From: Octopus vulgaris
Taxonomy: Eukaryota
Assembly: GCA_951406725.2 (NCBI GenBank)
Contig: OX597817.1
Coordinates: 159,526,001 to 159,590,000, forward strand
DNA: 64,000 bases
Direction: 5' to 3'
Shown here: positions 37,835 to 52,154 of the stretch, in pieces
Layout of the letters: every line of letters starts with the position of its first letter
Position numbering within the stretch: the first letter of the stretch is position 1
Made by a program: the position numbers and the translations under genes
The notes under the pieces: model-generated
The model's input: the letters and a program-made list of their open reading frames with translations, nothing else
Database searches by the model: none
Told to the model about the DNA's origin: nothing

Positions 37835-39657
37835 CATTGCTCAGCTCCCCTAGACTTTGACCTCTCTATTAACATATTCTTGAGTGCTATATTCAATGAA
37901 TATATACATCACTTACACACTACACAGCCTAGATTTTTCTACGCAGTCATGTTTCCAGCTTTCAAAAGTAACTTTATTCCACAGTTACAGTTATTTGCAT
38001 CATCTGACATATTTTACTTACAAATTCCCTCTTTAAATAATCTTCTTCTTGTCTTGTCTTGAGACAGCATTCACCCGAAGTGGGTTGAGCTGGCTTCATT
38101 CATCCTCAATGCTGCATCTCTCACAAATGCCGACCAGACCTGGCGATTTGAGGCTAACGACACGTGATCTCCAACCACTCATTATTGTTTTAATAATAAT
38201 TTACTTTGAATCGATAAAGTACAGGTTTTCTACTGGTGTACTCAGCATTTAATTACAATGAATAGCACACAGGGAAATGGAACTATTAATAAATATTTTA
38301 TTGAAGCAAAGGTTTTACTATTGACAGATACAAAAATATAATTCTACTCAAACAGTTAAACCTATAGCAAGTTTATTGAGGAATAAACTAGTTGAAAATT
38401 TGATAAAAATATTGTGCTTAATTTACATATTTGGGAAGTGAATTTTACTTAATTTGCACATTCAATTAGATATTGAACTGATTGTTGTTCTCAAAAATAA
38501 AGTCTAATACAAATAAGCACCATACCAAGTTTGATCAGTGTGCAACTTACAGAATTTGAGATATTTCATTTATGCATACCAATTAGCTGAATTTAGTCAT
38601 TTTGCAAATCACCTTTGCATATAAAAACCTAGGCTGAAAATTGCATTTCCAAAAGTCTGTGGCACAACTATGCAATAAATTTCATATGTGACATGTTTAT
38701 AAACTGAAAAACCAGTGGAAAGTGTGATACTACGTTTTTGTTATTCAATTTATAGACCAGTTTTTTAAAATCGAGAATTTTTAAAAATCCCCAAAATAAA
38801 TAAAAGAAACCATGGTAACTTGGAATTTATTGCCCTATATATATATTTTATATATTATATATATTTACAAAATTATAGGCACAAGTCAAGAAGCTCACTT
38901 TATAATCATGTATTTTTTGAGTTCAAAACTACTGCACAGCTCCTTGGGCAGGTTAGCTTCAGGCTAACCAATTTCTTGTGAGTGAATTTAGTAGAAGGAA
39001 ACTGTGTAGAAGCCCATTCAACCATCTTGTTTTTTGTCTCTCCCCAGCTGAGGTAGTCATGAATAGCAAGATACCTATTTCAGTCACTCCATTCATACTC
39101 TACTCGCTCATCACCTGGCACAAAGCCACCTCTCTCAATACAACTCACTCCTCAGTTGAATGATCTTGTCTTGCAAGTTACCTAGTGACCTCACTGCTGC
39201 TGGTACCATGTGAAAAGCACCTGATGCACTCTGTAAAGTGGTTGGTGTTAAGAAGAACATCCAGCCACAGAAATCATACGAATGTAGGCAGTAGAGATTG
39301 GCACAGTTTTTTTGGCATACCAGCTCCCGTCAAACTGTCCAATCCATGCCAGCATGGAAGGAGAATGATAAATGATGATGATGTGTGTGCATGTGTGTAT
39401 TCTTGGGTCTGTCCCAAGTTGTCAATGGTGGGTGAGGCAGACCCGCTATTAATTGCCAAATGGTATTGGTTTCTTGACATCCCCATAACATGGCAGTTTA
39501 GTGAAAAGACAGACAGAATAAGTAACAGACTTTAAAAAATTAATATTGGGGTTGATTTGCTTGACTAAGCCCTTCAAGGTTATGCCCCAGCATGGGCACA
39601 GTCCAGTGACTGAAACAACAACAAATAAAAAAGATAAATGAAATCTGTTATCAAAGG

Positions 39658-39883
39658 CTAACCCTTTCGTTACTGTATTTATTTTGAGATGCTCTGTTTC
39701 TTTCAATTACTTTAAATATAACAAAGAATTTAGTAAAATAACTTAGTTATCATTAAGCTAGTGTTAGGATCGTAAATTGTGACTAAGGTTTGGTGGATGA
39801 TTTTAATTCAAAACTTATGAAAACAAGACATTTGTACTCAGAACCAGAGCCGATTTCAGCCGGGTTGCTAACGAAAGGGTTAA
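39658..39883. mobile_element. piggyBac-type MITE family 1
   Basis: ctaaccctttcgttac ... taacgaaagggttaa; very similar to 5223-5447. Confidence 0.9.
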
Positions 39884-40453
39884 AATGTAATCAACTTTGT
39901 ACATCGCAAGTGCCTCATCTATTTATTCTTTTGTCCAATCAATAAAGTTCTAGGAAATAAATAAGTGAGCATGATGCTGATATACATGTGTAGATCAATC
40001 TATAACACTGTGATGTTTTGTAAACTATTCAGTTACAATACCAATTTACTATGACTTAATATGTAACAGATATATATATAATTCACTATCAACATTTCAG
40101 CAGTGAAGCCTCTCTCAAAAAAGCTTTCATTGCTATTTTATGACACACTCTCGCTCAAACTATAAATAATACAACTATTCAAATATAAAGATTTTCCAGG
40201 TCTCTTTCTACTATATTTGCTCTAATAGAATTTACATCAATGTTGCTATGAATCTAGGTAGGATGATTCTGCACAACATTTGGTTTGTACAATTTACATA
40301 TGAATTGCTGGAACATGTGTTTAACATAGCTTAGGCTGATTACTGAACTGTGAAGTGGGAGTGGTCCCGTTTTCAGTTAGGCAGTGTAAAATTTCAATTC
40401 AAGACTTGGTAGTTTAACTGTTAGTTTTGTTGTTATTGTAGTTGTTGCCAATA

Positions 40454-40543
40454 GAATGAATATTAACAGAATAAACTGCTGTTGAATGAATATTAACAGA
40501 ATAAATTGCTGTTGAATGAATATTAACAGAATAAATTGCTGTT
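40454..40543. repeat. 30-bp minisatellite, 3 copies
   Basis: gaatgaatattaacagaataaa(c/t)tgctgtt x3. Confidence 0.95.
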
Positions 40544-40807
40544 GGTGTGGAAAGATATTAACTGTAACAAATATGTTTATTATTTAAAATCAAAACTATA
40601 TAAAAGACAGTCTCTATAAAATGACCAAATTGAAGTAAACAACAAACAGAATATTTTAAAATGATGATTCTTTTTACATGTTTAATATATGGCAGCAAGG
40701 ATGTTAGTATAGAAACGGGAGGATTCATTCAAGAAGTTCATATACACTTAGTAAACTCAAGTAGTAAAACTGATGTATGTGTGTGTCCTTCATATCCTCA
40801 GATTTTA

Positions 40808-41360
40808 TCTTTTACTCGTTTCAGTCAATGGGTTGTGGCCTTGCTGGGGCACCACTTCGAAGAGTTCTTAGTCAAATGAATTGACCACAGTACTCTTTTT
40901 AAAAGCCCCGTTTTTATTTTATCGGTCTCTTTGCCAAACAGCTAAGTTATGGGATCATACACAAATCAACACCAGTTGTCAAGCAGAGATTGGGGATAAA
41001 GATATACAATGACACACAGATATATATATATACAGGGCGTCCCAGAAGTCACGCACCACCCTGGTTTTTTGAAAGAATACACCCTTACTGATTTCAAAAA
41101 CACTTTATTGAAATTAATCGTAAAAACTGATATAATTGAGCACCCTCTACAATAAAACATACAGAAAAAAATATAAAATAAATTGCTTTAATAACTTTTT
41201 GTGAAAACCAGAATGGTGCGCAACTTCTGGGACACCCTGTATATATGATAGGCTTTTTTCAGTTTCCCTCTACCATATCTACTTACAAGGATTTGGTCAG
41301 CCTAAGGCTAAAGTAGAAGACATTTGTCCAAGAATAATGTGGTTTGGAAGCAAGCTTCAG
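40808..41360 (-). mobile_element. Old family A SINE hosting a mariner MITE
   Basis: SINE halves flank 41031-41241. Confidence 0.8.
41031..41241. mobile_element. Tc1/mariner-type MITE
   Basis: TA-cagggcgtcccagaagtcacgcacca / tggtgcgcaacttctgggacaccctg-TA. Confidence 0.88.
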
Positions 41361-42435
41361 GCAATAAACAGAAAACACACATCTCTATACTACTTGAAGC
41401 CAGTTCAATTTTACCAAACTCAACTAATTATGACCAAAAACTATGTACAAGAGGAATAACTTCATGTCATTGCTTAATGAGTTAAATTGTCACAAACTTG
41501 ATTATTCTAAGCCAAACTAAAAAGTATACATTTTCAAGCTAATTAAACAGAAGATAAAAAAAAAAGGGGCAGAAAAAATAAAAGTAGAACAGAAATAAAA
41601 AGAAAAGGAAGTTATCTTCTAAGAAAGTGTCTTTATGGTTGTAGTAAGATGGGGCAAGATAAAGGGAGAATATCATATATATGTGTGGTAGTAGTCATAG
41701 CAATGCATCAGTATGTAACAGATGGCATAAGATGTAAAAGAATGAGGAAGTTCTAACAGATTCTCACTTACAATAGAGGAGAGTGTAAAAAGAAAACAGG
41801 AAACCATAAACACCAACTCTGCTATTAAACTATATTAAAGAGTGAAACCCATAATGAGTGTACCTGTCTAAAAGTAAAGTATCTGGTTAACAACATCTGA
41901 GTCACAATGTAAAGTTACATTTTAAATAAATACACAACAATAATGTGTGTGTGGTGTGTAAAATTAGAACAAAGTAAAGAGTAGGAGACATTCAATGTAT
42001 CTAAATAACTAGCATTCTTCCAATAAATAAAAGGATGGGGGCAAGGGGTGTGTGGTAAATTTGGCCATGGAAATCTGCAGTTTATAGCTGCAGGCCATAT
42101 ATATATATATATATATATTTTTTTTTTTCCAAGTTATAAGTACAGTACAAATAAAAAAAAAAAACAATATCTCCAGGCATTTTTAGTATTTTATTGTGAG
42201 TACAAAGTTTACTCACGTGAACTTTGATATATTTTGATGTTCCTCCTGTGATAAAATGTTTTAGTTTTAGGAAATGAATATTCAGTTTCATGTTTTGGTC
42301 ATATTAGTATTGTACAGTAAATAATATTGATGGAATCATAATAGTTTATTGATTTCTACATAACCCCTATTACGACCCATTTCTGCCAGTTAACCATATG
42401 TAGAAGAGGCAGTCCAAATTCAGGAACTGTTTACC

Positions 42436-43297
42436 TCTTTTACTTGTAGCAGTCATTGGACTGTGGTCATGCTGGGGCACTGCCTTGAAAGGTTTAGTTG
42501 CACAAATCAACCCGTCTGGTACTTATTGCCAAAACACTAAGATACGGGGACATAAACAACCTAACACCGGTTATCAAGCAATTGTGGGAAACAAATGCAA
42601 ACGCACACACATATATAACTGGCTTCTGCACAGTTTCTATCTACCACTCTCAAAACTCAGAATTGATAGAATACAGGTAAGAGACTGGCCCTGTCAATAC
42701 ACATTGTGATAGAGTACCAAGTTAGGAAAGTTATGATTTAAAATATGACTGAAATCCTTCCTTAAGCAAGCAACTTAACTTACAAATTCTCATTGCTTGT
42801 GGCACACTCAAAGATCTTGCTGATATCAAGGGTAATAATATTACTTGTTTTGGTCTTATCAATTTAATGACAGTTTTTCTATCTTTACATCCTATTTCTC
42901 TAAACTAGTACAATTCTTAAACAAAGCTTGAATATAGCTGTATGGTTAAGAAGCTCACTTTGCAACCATGTGAATTATGGTTCAATCTCACTGCATGGTA
43001 CCTTGGGTAAGTGTCTTCTACTATAGCCCCATGGTGACCAATGTATTGTGAGTGAATTTAATAGACAAAAATGGTGTGGAAGCTTATTGTGTGTGTTCAT
43101 GCATGTGTATATGTGTGTGTTCATGTGTCACCATTCTCCATCACTTGACAACCAGTAACCTCATAACTTAGTGGTTCAGTGAGAGAATAAGTATCAAACT
43201 TTAAAAAAAAAAGTACTGAGATCAATCTGTTTGACTAAAACCCTTCAAGGCAGTGCCCCAGCATGGCCGCAGTTCAATGACTGAAAGAAGTAAAAGA
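42436..43297. mobile_element. Two old family A SINEs head-to-head (42436-42650 minus; 42935-43297 plus)
   Basis: Recognisable family A tail and head motifs. Confidence 0.75.
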
Positions 43298-43390
43298 CAG
43301 AACATAGACAATAGCAGGTACCTTAACAAGGCAGATTTAGAGGAATTTTCTTTTTTTTTTATATGAAATCCTTCACTCTGTCAACTGTAC

Positions 43391-43443
43391 ATCGTCAACA
43401 TTATATCGTCAATAGCATATCGTCAACAGTATATCGTCAATAG
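43391..43443. repeat. 14-bp CpG-containing minisatellite, ~4 copies
   Basis: atcgtcaa(c/t)a..at repeated. Confidence 0.85.
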
Positions 43444-44507
43444 ATCTAACTGTATTGATAACTTCAGCGAGACAAGAGGTTAGCAACATTAGTGATAAGT
43501 CAAATTCCATAAAGTAGAAGTGCAGTGGATGCATTCACTAATCCTGATTTCAGACAATGATGATACATGTGGAAAACATTCACTGCCTGCCTGAGTTTGC
43601 TTGACAATTTCACTGATATACTTATAGCAGTTGATGTCAAGAATGCTGCCCTACACCACACCTTTACCACACGATAGATATACACTCATGCTGACCTACA
43701 TCACACTTTCTCTCCACACAATATACTCCTGATAATTCACAGAACTTCACTGAATTCGTAGAATTAACTGAACCATTTTATATTCTATAAATCAGAATCT
43801 AGTTCTTTCACACCACTCAGCATGCAAGTTTTTTTTTTTTTTTTTTTTTTACAAAAGATTTTTGAATTATAGTTAAATTTATTGGAAGGTGAATTTAAGT
43901 TTGAGTTTTTTTTTTTTTTTTTTTTCTTTTTCAAAAAAATTAAGTCATGTCATTTAAATTCTTTACTTAATTAGCTTGGGCTAGTTGCCAGCAAAAGAGG
44001 TTGGATTCTAAGAGATTGGTGGGGACAAAATAAAACCACATACTTGAACAGTAGGATTAAGTTGCTTAGCTACACTATTCACTGCACAACTATTGTGGTG
44101 TTACAAAAGAGACTAGTACAATTTCATGTTGACAAAGGCAAAATAGAAATGGACTTTGCTATGATTCTTATAGCAAAATATAGGACTTACTGTGTGTGTG
44201 TTTTGTTAGGATATACAGACAAGAGAAAAAAATATTCAATATACGTCATAGAGTTTATTTATTCATTTGGACTCAGAATGGTGATGCCTCAGCTTTGAAT
44301 AAATACCACACACACACACACACAATATACCAGCATGAAAAAAAATGAAGATCTTGAAATGAAGACAACAGGTTGTCTCTGTTTGTAAAGGAGAGAGAAA
44401 CAGATCAGCATCTAATTGATGGAAGATATATGACTAATCTGCTGAATACTATATACAGAAGTGGAATAAATACTGGCTCAATTTTAGAGTTAGAATTATA
44501 ACATTCA

Positions 44508-45240
44508 TCATGATCATATTTTTTAATGCCTGTATTCCATGCTAGCATGGGTTGGATGGTTGACAGGATCTGACAAGTTAGAGGATTGTGTTGGGTTCCA
44601 AGGTTTGCTTTAGTAACAATGCCCTCAACACCAACCAGATTGCAGAGTGTACTGGGTGCTTTTTTCATGGCACTGGCATTAGTGGGGTCACCAAGTAACT
44701 TACACATCAAGACCACTTGACAAAGGAAGGGTGCAGTATTGAAGGAAGTAACTATATGCCAGGTGTTGAGACAGTAAAGTATGAGAGAAGAGACAAGAGC
44801 AGGTGTCCTCCTGTAAAAGAGATACACAGCTATCCCAGCAGGAAGGAAAGAAAGGATGGTGATGAGATGTCAGGGCATACCCTCACAGTACAAGGTAGAT
44901 AAAGAGGGAATAGGGACCAATAATCAAGGATGGCTGGCTGGGCAGATTTGCAAGAGTGTGAAAGGAGTGTAATGGCCAATAGAAATGGGGATAGAAGTGA
45001 ATGCAGTGAATGATGAACAAGGATGGAGATGTGGACAATGGTGAATCTCAGTTTGGGAATTTAATGGAAAATAGGAGTGGATCATGAAAGAGGTGAAGAT
45101 AGGTGGTAACACATAAGGGGGGGGGAGGCAGAGAGAAACAGTATAATTTGCTCCATCTCACATACACCATAGATAGATAAAAAAAATAGGGAAATGATGC
45201 AAGGTATGGCAAAAAGAGAAAAGGCAGTGACAGAGAGACA
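44508..45240 (-). mobile_element. Old long family C copy
   Basis: tcatcatgatcat...ccatgctagcatgggttgg...gggtgctttt followed by a purine-rich body. Confidence 0.65.
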
Positions 45241-45709
45241 CATTCATAAATGCTAGCATGAAAAAGGGACATTAAACGATGCTGCTGCTGATGATCTTTA
45301 TATTAACTTAAAAAAAACCTTTTGGAACTATTAAAGCTAGGTACAGACTCTGTAAGATGGATATGAACTAATGTAAAACTTTAATGAATGTAATTAACAC
45401 AGAATAGCACAGTAATAAAGTTGCAAACGCAAGAAAATTGAAAATTTTCATTGTTTTGTGAAGATACATTTTACCTCACATGCTAAAATTAAGTGTGCAC
45501 GTATGTGTGTGAAAATAAGAAATATATACATTTTTTCTCCTCTTTCAATTAACATTGTACAGGAACTCAGTACCTGTTCAGTTTGTTTCCACCAATCACA
45601 AAACAGCACACATTATGAAAGAGATACAAAGTAAAACACACTGACTTCCCATTAACATACCCCTCACACTCCCTATGAGGTTAATAAAGGCTATGGACAC
45701 ACTCCTTAC

Positions 45710-45852
45710 CTCGTCAGAACATAAAAAGCAAGACTGAATGCAAACATATTAAAAATAATGGGAAGAGTGTTTGCTTTGATATATTCTGGACAATCATTAT
45801 GAAACTTGGAAGAAAAAAGAAAACAAGCCACTGTATTCCCCATAAATTGCCT
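45710..45852 (-). other. Candidate exon (143 nt)
   Basis: Minus strand: ttttttttataccataatgttgcag| ... ACGAG|gtaagg; open frame RQFMGNTVACFLFSSKFHNDCPEYIKANTLPIIFNMFAFSLAFYVLT; no recognised homology. Confidence 0.35.
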
Positions 45853-46679
45853 CTGCAACATTATGGTATAAAAAAAAACAAACCAAAACGTTATCACTCT
45901 ACAAGGCCTATCATTGCCAGGAAGTATCGTTCAACGAAAAAATATTCACTTGAGTGGGAAAAGGGAAATGAATCACTGACAATCATGCTCTTGTTGTGGG
46001 CATTGACAGTGTGAATGAAGTGAAACAGCTCCAACTTACAATGGAAATCAGATTGCAGACAGCAATCCCACAAAGGACATACCACCACTTTAAGATGCTA
46101 AATAGTGTTACAAAGTTTGTTTTGTTTATATATGCAATTTGAATAGAAGTAATCAACCTCTTGATCAATAAGCCAAGGTATGAATTAATTCCATACTATG
46201 GCATGAATTGTATACTGATTCCGTTCCCATACTAAACAGCAACAAACAGTAACATGATAAATTGTGTTTGTGAAGCCCACTATGTAAATGTATGCATAAA
46301 TATCATATCATGACATCATCTCATCCTGTTTCTGCTTTCCAAAATCTGTGAAAGTCATTACAACATGATTTTAATGGAAAACTGACAAAAACAAATTAAA
46401 TTTATTTTTTGCTTATTGTCATGATTTATTTCCCTAACATTCATATTTATCATGAATAATAAATTTATTCACTTTATTCCATCTGAATTTCTGATTGCTC
46501 ATTGTATTTAAAAGCTATGCTTTGAAATCAATATTTGCCTTCTTAATCTTTTCCAGTATAGAACATCTCAATGGAAGTATCTCTCTTTAATTTCACCACA
46601 TCATAGTCATTTATTCCATTATGTAACTTATTGTTTAATACAGAGGGGGAAAAAGTTCAAAAAGCTATTACCTTTCTGC

Positions 46680-46860
46680 AGGCAACAAAGGTTCCTCCAA
46701 GAGAATGGCAGATTGTATAATGCTTGTGCATGAACTACTAATTTTCATGGATACTGAATGTGGAGGATATGTGAAAGTTGGAAAGAATGGAGGTGTGCAT
46801 GCTCTACTGACTACCAGTGTGATTAAACAATGAAGTACAAATGAACTAAGAGGAACATAT
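46680..46860 (+). pseudogene. RTE-clade RT C-terminal fragment
   Basis: GRLYNACA..HG..EDM.KLE.NG..ML (cf. KGRLYDACVRS.MLHGSE..EDM.RLERNE..ML). Confidence 0.6.
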
Positions 46861-48030
46861 GTCATCTTTTTAGTTGGTTCCTTATTTGCCCATCCCACCA
46901 CCATACCTGACAATTAAGCCCTACCACCATCTAAATACGAGATGGCATCCAGCTGTAAAAACCACACTAAAGGGAATATTGAAGCCAGCATAAGATGGAG
47001 AGGACCCTTTAGTCTTTTCAAGGATAGACTTCCTAGTGCCTGCAGTGTGTTAGAGTGCATTATGTAAAGGATGGAATGAAGAGAGAGAATAGGGCAGTGA
47101 CATCATATACTTGCTAAAAATGGTAGAATTTAAATAATGCTGGCTGAAAACATGCAAAAAAAGAAAAGACAAGTGGAAAATATTTTATATTTTCTTACTT
47201 GTATTTATAAGGCTTCTATGTTTAAGTTGAAATTAATATTAATCCATTTAATAAGTTAGATGGTTAGGATTTAAACTTTTCCCACATCCCTAGGGACATG
47301 GAGGACAGAAAATGGGCTTGCAGATAACAAATAAAAAATATGGAAGGATGGTACCAAGGGCTGAATGGTAAGTGCACAGTTGCAGCATGAGACTGTTGGC
47401 ATGGAAGGGAGGGGTGGTTGTGACTGAGGCCTTTAATATTCAGTGGTGATGATGGGTATATTCATTCATTGGTTCATTTGTTATTACTATTCTATGCTAG
47501 AAATTGAATGTTAAAAGGGTCAATGGCCCTGCAAGGGACAGCAGTGCATGTAATTAGTGGTGTGTGTGTGTACACATATATGAATAAGATGTGGACTCTG
47601 AAAGCCATATTACAGGTGACCCATCTAGGAAGGCAACAAACTCTGAATAAGAATTCATCTTACACAGGTCAGCCACTCTAGTGCCAGGGTAAAAAGCACT
47701 CTGTACATTCTATAAAGCAGTTGGTGATAGAAAGGGCTGGATGATCTATCAACAACTACATTAAAAATATGCCAAAATAGAATAAACATGCGAGTGTAGT
47801 AACTTTGAATAAGAACTGATAGAGAATAGCAGTAGCATGATAAAATAAAACCTGGTACACTCTGTAAAATGGTTGGTAATAGGAAGGGCATCTGTCCATA
47901 TGAACTGCAAGAGTCAACTTTAGTTCATCTTGCAAAGAACATACATTATTTCTAGTGCCAGCTGTATAACAAAATGCACTCAGACCATACAGTAACATAT
48001 ATACAAACACCAAACTTGGTTTTTTCTTTG

Positions 48031-48400
48031 CTGCTGTTGCTGTTGAGCGAAGCGGTTTTCGTCCTCTTGGGAGAAGTCCGAAACGTGGTCCTTTGCTATT
48101 CGTAAGACCCGCAGAAGAGAAAGCAGGTTAACTCCCGACACCGAGAGCATCGACGGATAGATGAATGTGCATCCAGGCTCAGCAGTTGCGTAGGAAGTTA
48201 CGGACAAGAAACAGGAAGAAAGAGTGAGAGAAGGTTGTAGCGAAAGAGTACAACAGGGGTCGCCACCACCCCCTGCTGGAGCCACGTGGAACTTTAGGTG
48301 TTTTCGCTCAATAAACACACACAACGCCCGGTCTGGGAATCGAAACCGCGATCCTCCGACCACGAGTCTGCTGCCCTAACCATTGGGCCATTGCGCTTCC
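48031..48400 (-). mobile_element. Third tRNA-derived SINE (family D) with (CAA/CAG)n tail; possibly the octopus OR type
   Basis: Minus-strand head ggaagcgcaaTGGCCCAATGGttagggcagcagactcgtggtc...GGTTTCGATTCCc (A and B boxes), CpG-rich body, tail caacagcaacagcagc; ctgttg.tgttg on both flanks. Confidence 0.85.
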
Positions 48401-48999
48401 ACTGTTGTTGTTGTGTGTGCAAAATGACACTGGAGCAAGATGACACTGACCATAACAATTTCATCAACCCAACGGACATAAAAGGCTGATTTACTTATCT
48501 TGTGCTAAATTTAATTTAATCTCTTTCTGTACAACTAACAAATGATGATAATAATCAACTTTAACCCTTACCAAATTTGATAAAGCAAAAAATAAATAAA
48601 GTCAATGATGTCATTCGAATGGTTTTTGATAATTTCTTGCAACATAGAAGAGTCCATTATGGTAAGTTTTAAATCAGAATAATAAATTAACAATTAACAT
48701 TACAATTCTAATAGTTAAATAGGAATTCTACCACTGCATTTATTTCAAGGAATGTTAGCTTTGAACAAATTTTCTTCTAAGGTACATGTATATCTTAAAT
48801 TAGAATACTGCAGTGACACACATGAACGTTTTTGACTACACCTAGATGACAACCATTCAAATGATAGACAAGCTTTCATTCACTAACACATTACAACTGC
48901 TAGCACTTGAATGAGTTATGTTCCATGTCTGTCTCTTGGAGGACTTTGTATCATCTTAGAGTTGCTAGTCTCATCCTGTCCAAAACCCCTCAATATATT

Positions 49000-50560
49000 T
49001 TGACTAAATTTTTATCCATAAAATAACCAACACTTTAGAGTTCAATCTGTTCATATTTTCCATATGAAGATCAACCAACAGAAATTCAATATGAATATCT
49101 ATCGTTTCAACTTCGGTCAGAAAGGGTTTGGAAGGGCTTTGAACAATACAACTGAAACTATACTCCATATAATGTTTCTCCATGTCTTTATTCACAGAAG
49201 CAAATTCCACAATACTAAATACTCCGAGTGGTTCACCCAATACCTGGAGAAAATACCCTAACATAATCAACTTGGTGGCATTTGTTTATCACTGCAATGA
49301 ATACAAATAATCATCCACAAAGCAAAGGATGCTTTCTCACATTGCTTGTCTTGCAAGCTGACTAGCCTCTGAACAACATCCATAACTTCTGATCCCATGC
49401 CAAACAAATATTTAGAAACTTTTGTAGAATCCTTATGGCCACCATTCCTCAGTATCTCTGCTGGTAAACCCACTGACTTGACTTCGATTCCATTCTTCCC
49501 ACACATAACAAAACACTTTTGGAATTCCCTTCACTCACATACACTAATTCCGATAGTGTTCTCTATATCACCTTCAAACAGAATGCTAATCAGTTACCCC
49601 TTATCCTCACGAAACCCATCAACATTCTGTCCCTTCCTCCTTCCTGTAATGTCTAACAATATGTGATGATCATTCCCCATCATTGCCATCTATGATCTAT
49701 TTCCCTCATTCACATCTCAAAGGTGACAGAGCATCCAGCAATCACCTATTTTATTTTCTTCCTTTTCAGTGACCACCAACATGGTTTACAAAGACTTAGG
49801 TCTTCTGTTCTTCCACACCCAAGTTGTATTTTGTGGAAAGTTTGGTAAAGGCAATGTGACTACCTTTAACATTAGCAGAACTTCTGATCATGTTTAACAC
49901 CAAAACTTCCATGGAAAGTTGCCCATGTAAGTTCACCTTATTATATCAAAATGGAAGTTTTCTGTCAGACCATTTCTTTCAAAGAAGTATCAGCAGGGCT
50001 CTCTCTGCCTCATATCCTATTAAATATCGTCTACCTCGGGATTTGATTAAATCATTAACATGCTTCTTTGTCACCAAACACATGCTTATGCAGATGCTAA
50101 AATGCTTCACTCTTTAACACATCCATTGATAATTAGACACCTCATACAAGACATGCAGCACTATTTCCAGGAACAAAGACTTAGAAAATATTCTCTAGTA
50201 GAGTTATGCTAACCTACAAAACACAACTTCATGTACAACAATGGACAATTCACAATTTAAATCTTCACAGGCTTCAGAGTTGGGATGAATCATTGACACC
50301 GTAGATATATTTTTGTTTCAAACGATATAGAGCCACAACCTTCTGTTTTCTCAGTATAAACACTCTCCCAGTCCCAGCGCTTATTTGCTATTAGCCTATC
50401 AGAATAAGTTCCCTTAGCAGTTAACTTATGTAGTGCAGCACCAAGGAAACAGACTATCCCTACAAGGCCACTCCCATTCTACCTAAATAATGGAAGCAAC
50501 ATGCTTAGTGGTTTTAGACTGCCAGTGTCAGCCTCTTGCAAAGAAAACCTCTCCCTACAT
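49000..50560 (-). pseudogene. Very decayed RTE/BovB-like LINE ORF (APE to RT N-terminus)
   Basis: GLPAEILRNGG..KYLF (cf. DGIPAEILKHGG..L..LF), DIHIEFLLVDL (cf. LYI.FVDL.KAFD). Confidence 0.45.
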
Positions 50561-51490
50561 CAGAGATGCATAGGCTTTCTGATACAGAGAAACTGAGCAC
50601 TTTGACGAAATATTTCAAGAAAAAAAAACTGAATAAAAGCTGGTACAAAACAGAGTGGTCTCTTTAATTCTGTTGCAGGCAAACTCTGTTTCAGTTTCAG
50701 GGTGACTGTTGCAACTTCATTAAGTTCTTCTAACTTAACATACCAATTTTTTCTGCAGAGTACAAAAACTATTATGATAAGTGGACACTTCATGGTACCC
50801 ACCTTCATAAGTAATGACAATCATAGATGTGAATGGTAGACCTCTAAGATCATGAAACAATGCACTTAAGTTGCTCAATTAAGACTCTGTGATTAATCTA
50901 TTCACTGTTGGTCACTTTGTAAAACAGTAGTAAGTTTTAAATTTGTTGCAACACAATTTTGAATCTCTTTTGTCTCATTTACATCATTGATTCTATTAAG
51001 AAAGGTATGAATTCCACAAACTCTTAGTTCTCTTGCATGACTCTAAAGGTGGGAGATTATGACAAGAGGTGAATAAGCGGCTGAACTTTAATAAAGAAAA
51101 CCAAACTGTGAAAGAAGTTAATTCTCAAAAGAGCCTCTATCAATTATAAATAAATGTGATGAACTCAACAGTGAATATATTTAGTATGATGGTGTCTGGT
51201 AAGCTGATGGGCAAAATTTTTATAGATAATCTTTAGCCACAACAGAAGAGTAAAGAAATAGGATAATTTAATATGCAATTATTATCATTAGAAAAACTCA
51301 ACACAATTCTCTAATAAACTATAAAGTATTTAATTGTGTGGAGTATTGACTTGTATACAATAATTATTCATTTCTGAACATTGATAGAAACAAAATGCAA
51401 ATAAGAAGAAACATGATCCACTTTTTTCATGATCATGTTTTTATTGACGTTATTTTAGTTTAAAATATGAGAGTTAAGAGTATGTGTGTA

Positions 51491-51534
<44 letters not shown>

Positions 51535-51804
51535 GGGAGGAAAAGAACATAAGAAGTTCTTAAATCACAACAAAAAAAAGTAACTTTCCTATTTTAGCTT
51601 TGATGGACACTGGTCTAAATAAAGTAAAAAATTATTTCTGGTTTATTTCAGTTTAGTAGTTTACTTTCTTAACATTTCAATCTTCGGTGACGTTCAAAGC
51701 ATCAAATACATAATCCACATGTACAATTCTATAGACTAAGGGACCACCATGTGGACACTAGTAATAGGTGATTAAAGATGCTATGTATTTAACAGTTATC
51801 TTTA

Positions 51805-52100
51805 ACTAGTTTTAATCACTGGACTGTGGCCATGATGGGGCACTAGTACTTATTTTCTTTGAAGTCTGGTACTTAATCTATTGATCTCTTTTGCTGAATC
51901 ACTAAGATACAGGGACGTAAACAAACCAACAACAGTTGTCAAGTGATGGTAGGAGACAAACAGAAACACAAAGAGACACACATGTTCAGCTTCCTTCAGT
52001 TTCTATCTATGAAATGCACTCATTAGGCTTAGGTGCTGTGCAGCGGAATTAAACTGTGGTTGGGAAGCAAGCTTCTTTCTCACCACACAGCCGCGCCTGT
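51805..52100 (-). mobile_element. SINE family A, old
   Basis: ggactgtggccatg...ccacacagccgcgcctgtg. Confidence 0.75.
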
Positions 52101-52115
52101 GTAGGCACCACTTAC

Positions 52116-52154
52116 TTGAAGTATCTTATTCTATTTGTATTGCAGGAGGTCTAA
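52116..52154 (-). other. Candidate small exon (39 nt)
   Basis: Minus strand: actttcttttag| ... TTCAA|gtaagt. Confidence 0.3.

Noticed and set aside
38430-38830. Old DNA/Helentron-like interior (ataccaagtttgatc, ccatggtaac)
   Set aside because: Single copy in the window with no definable ends; cannot be supported
48075-48095. GAAACGTGGTC, like a hammerhead stem III
   Set aside because: No CTGANGA partner at a suitable distance
47980-48363. 127-aa GC-rich ORF
   Set aside because: Lies almost entirely within the family D SINE
48330-48400. tRNA gene
   Set aside because: Has A and B boxes but no proper acceptor stem or poly-T terminator, and continues into a SINE body and tail; the same applies to the family A and B heads
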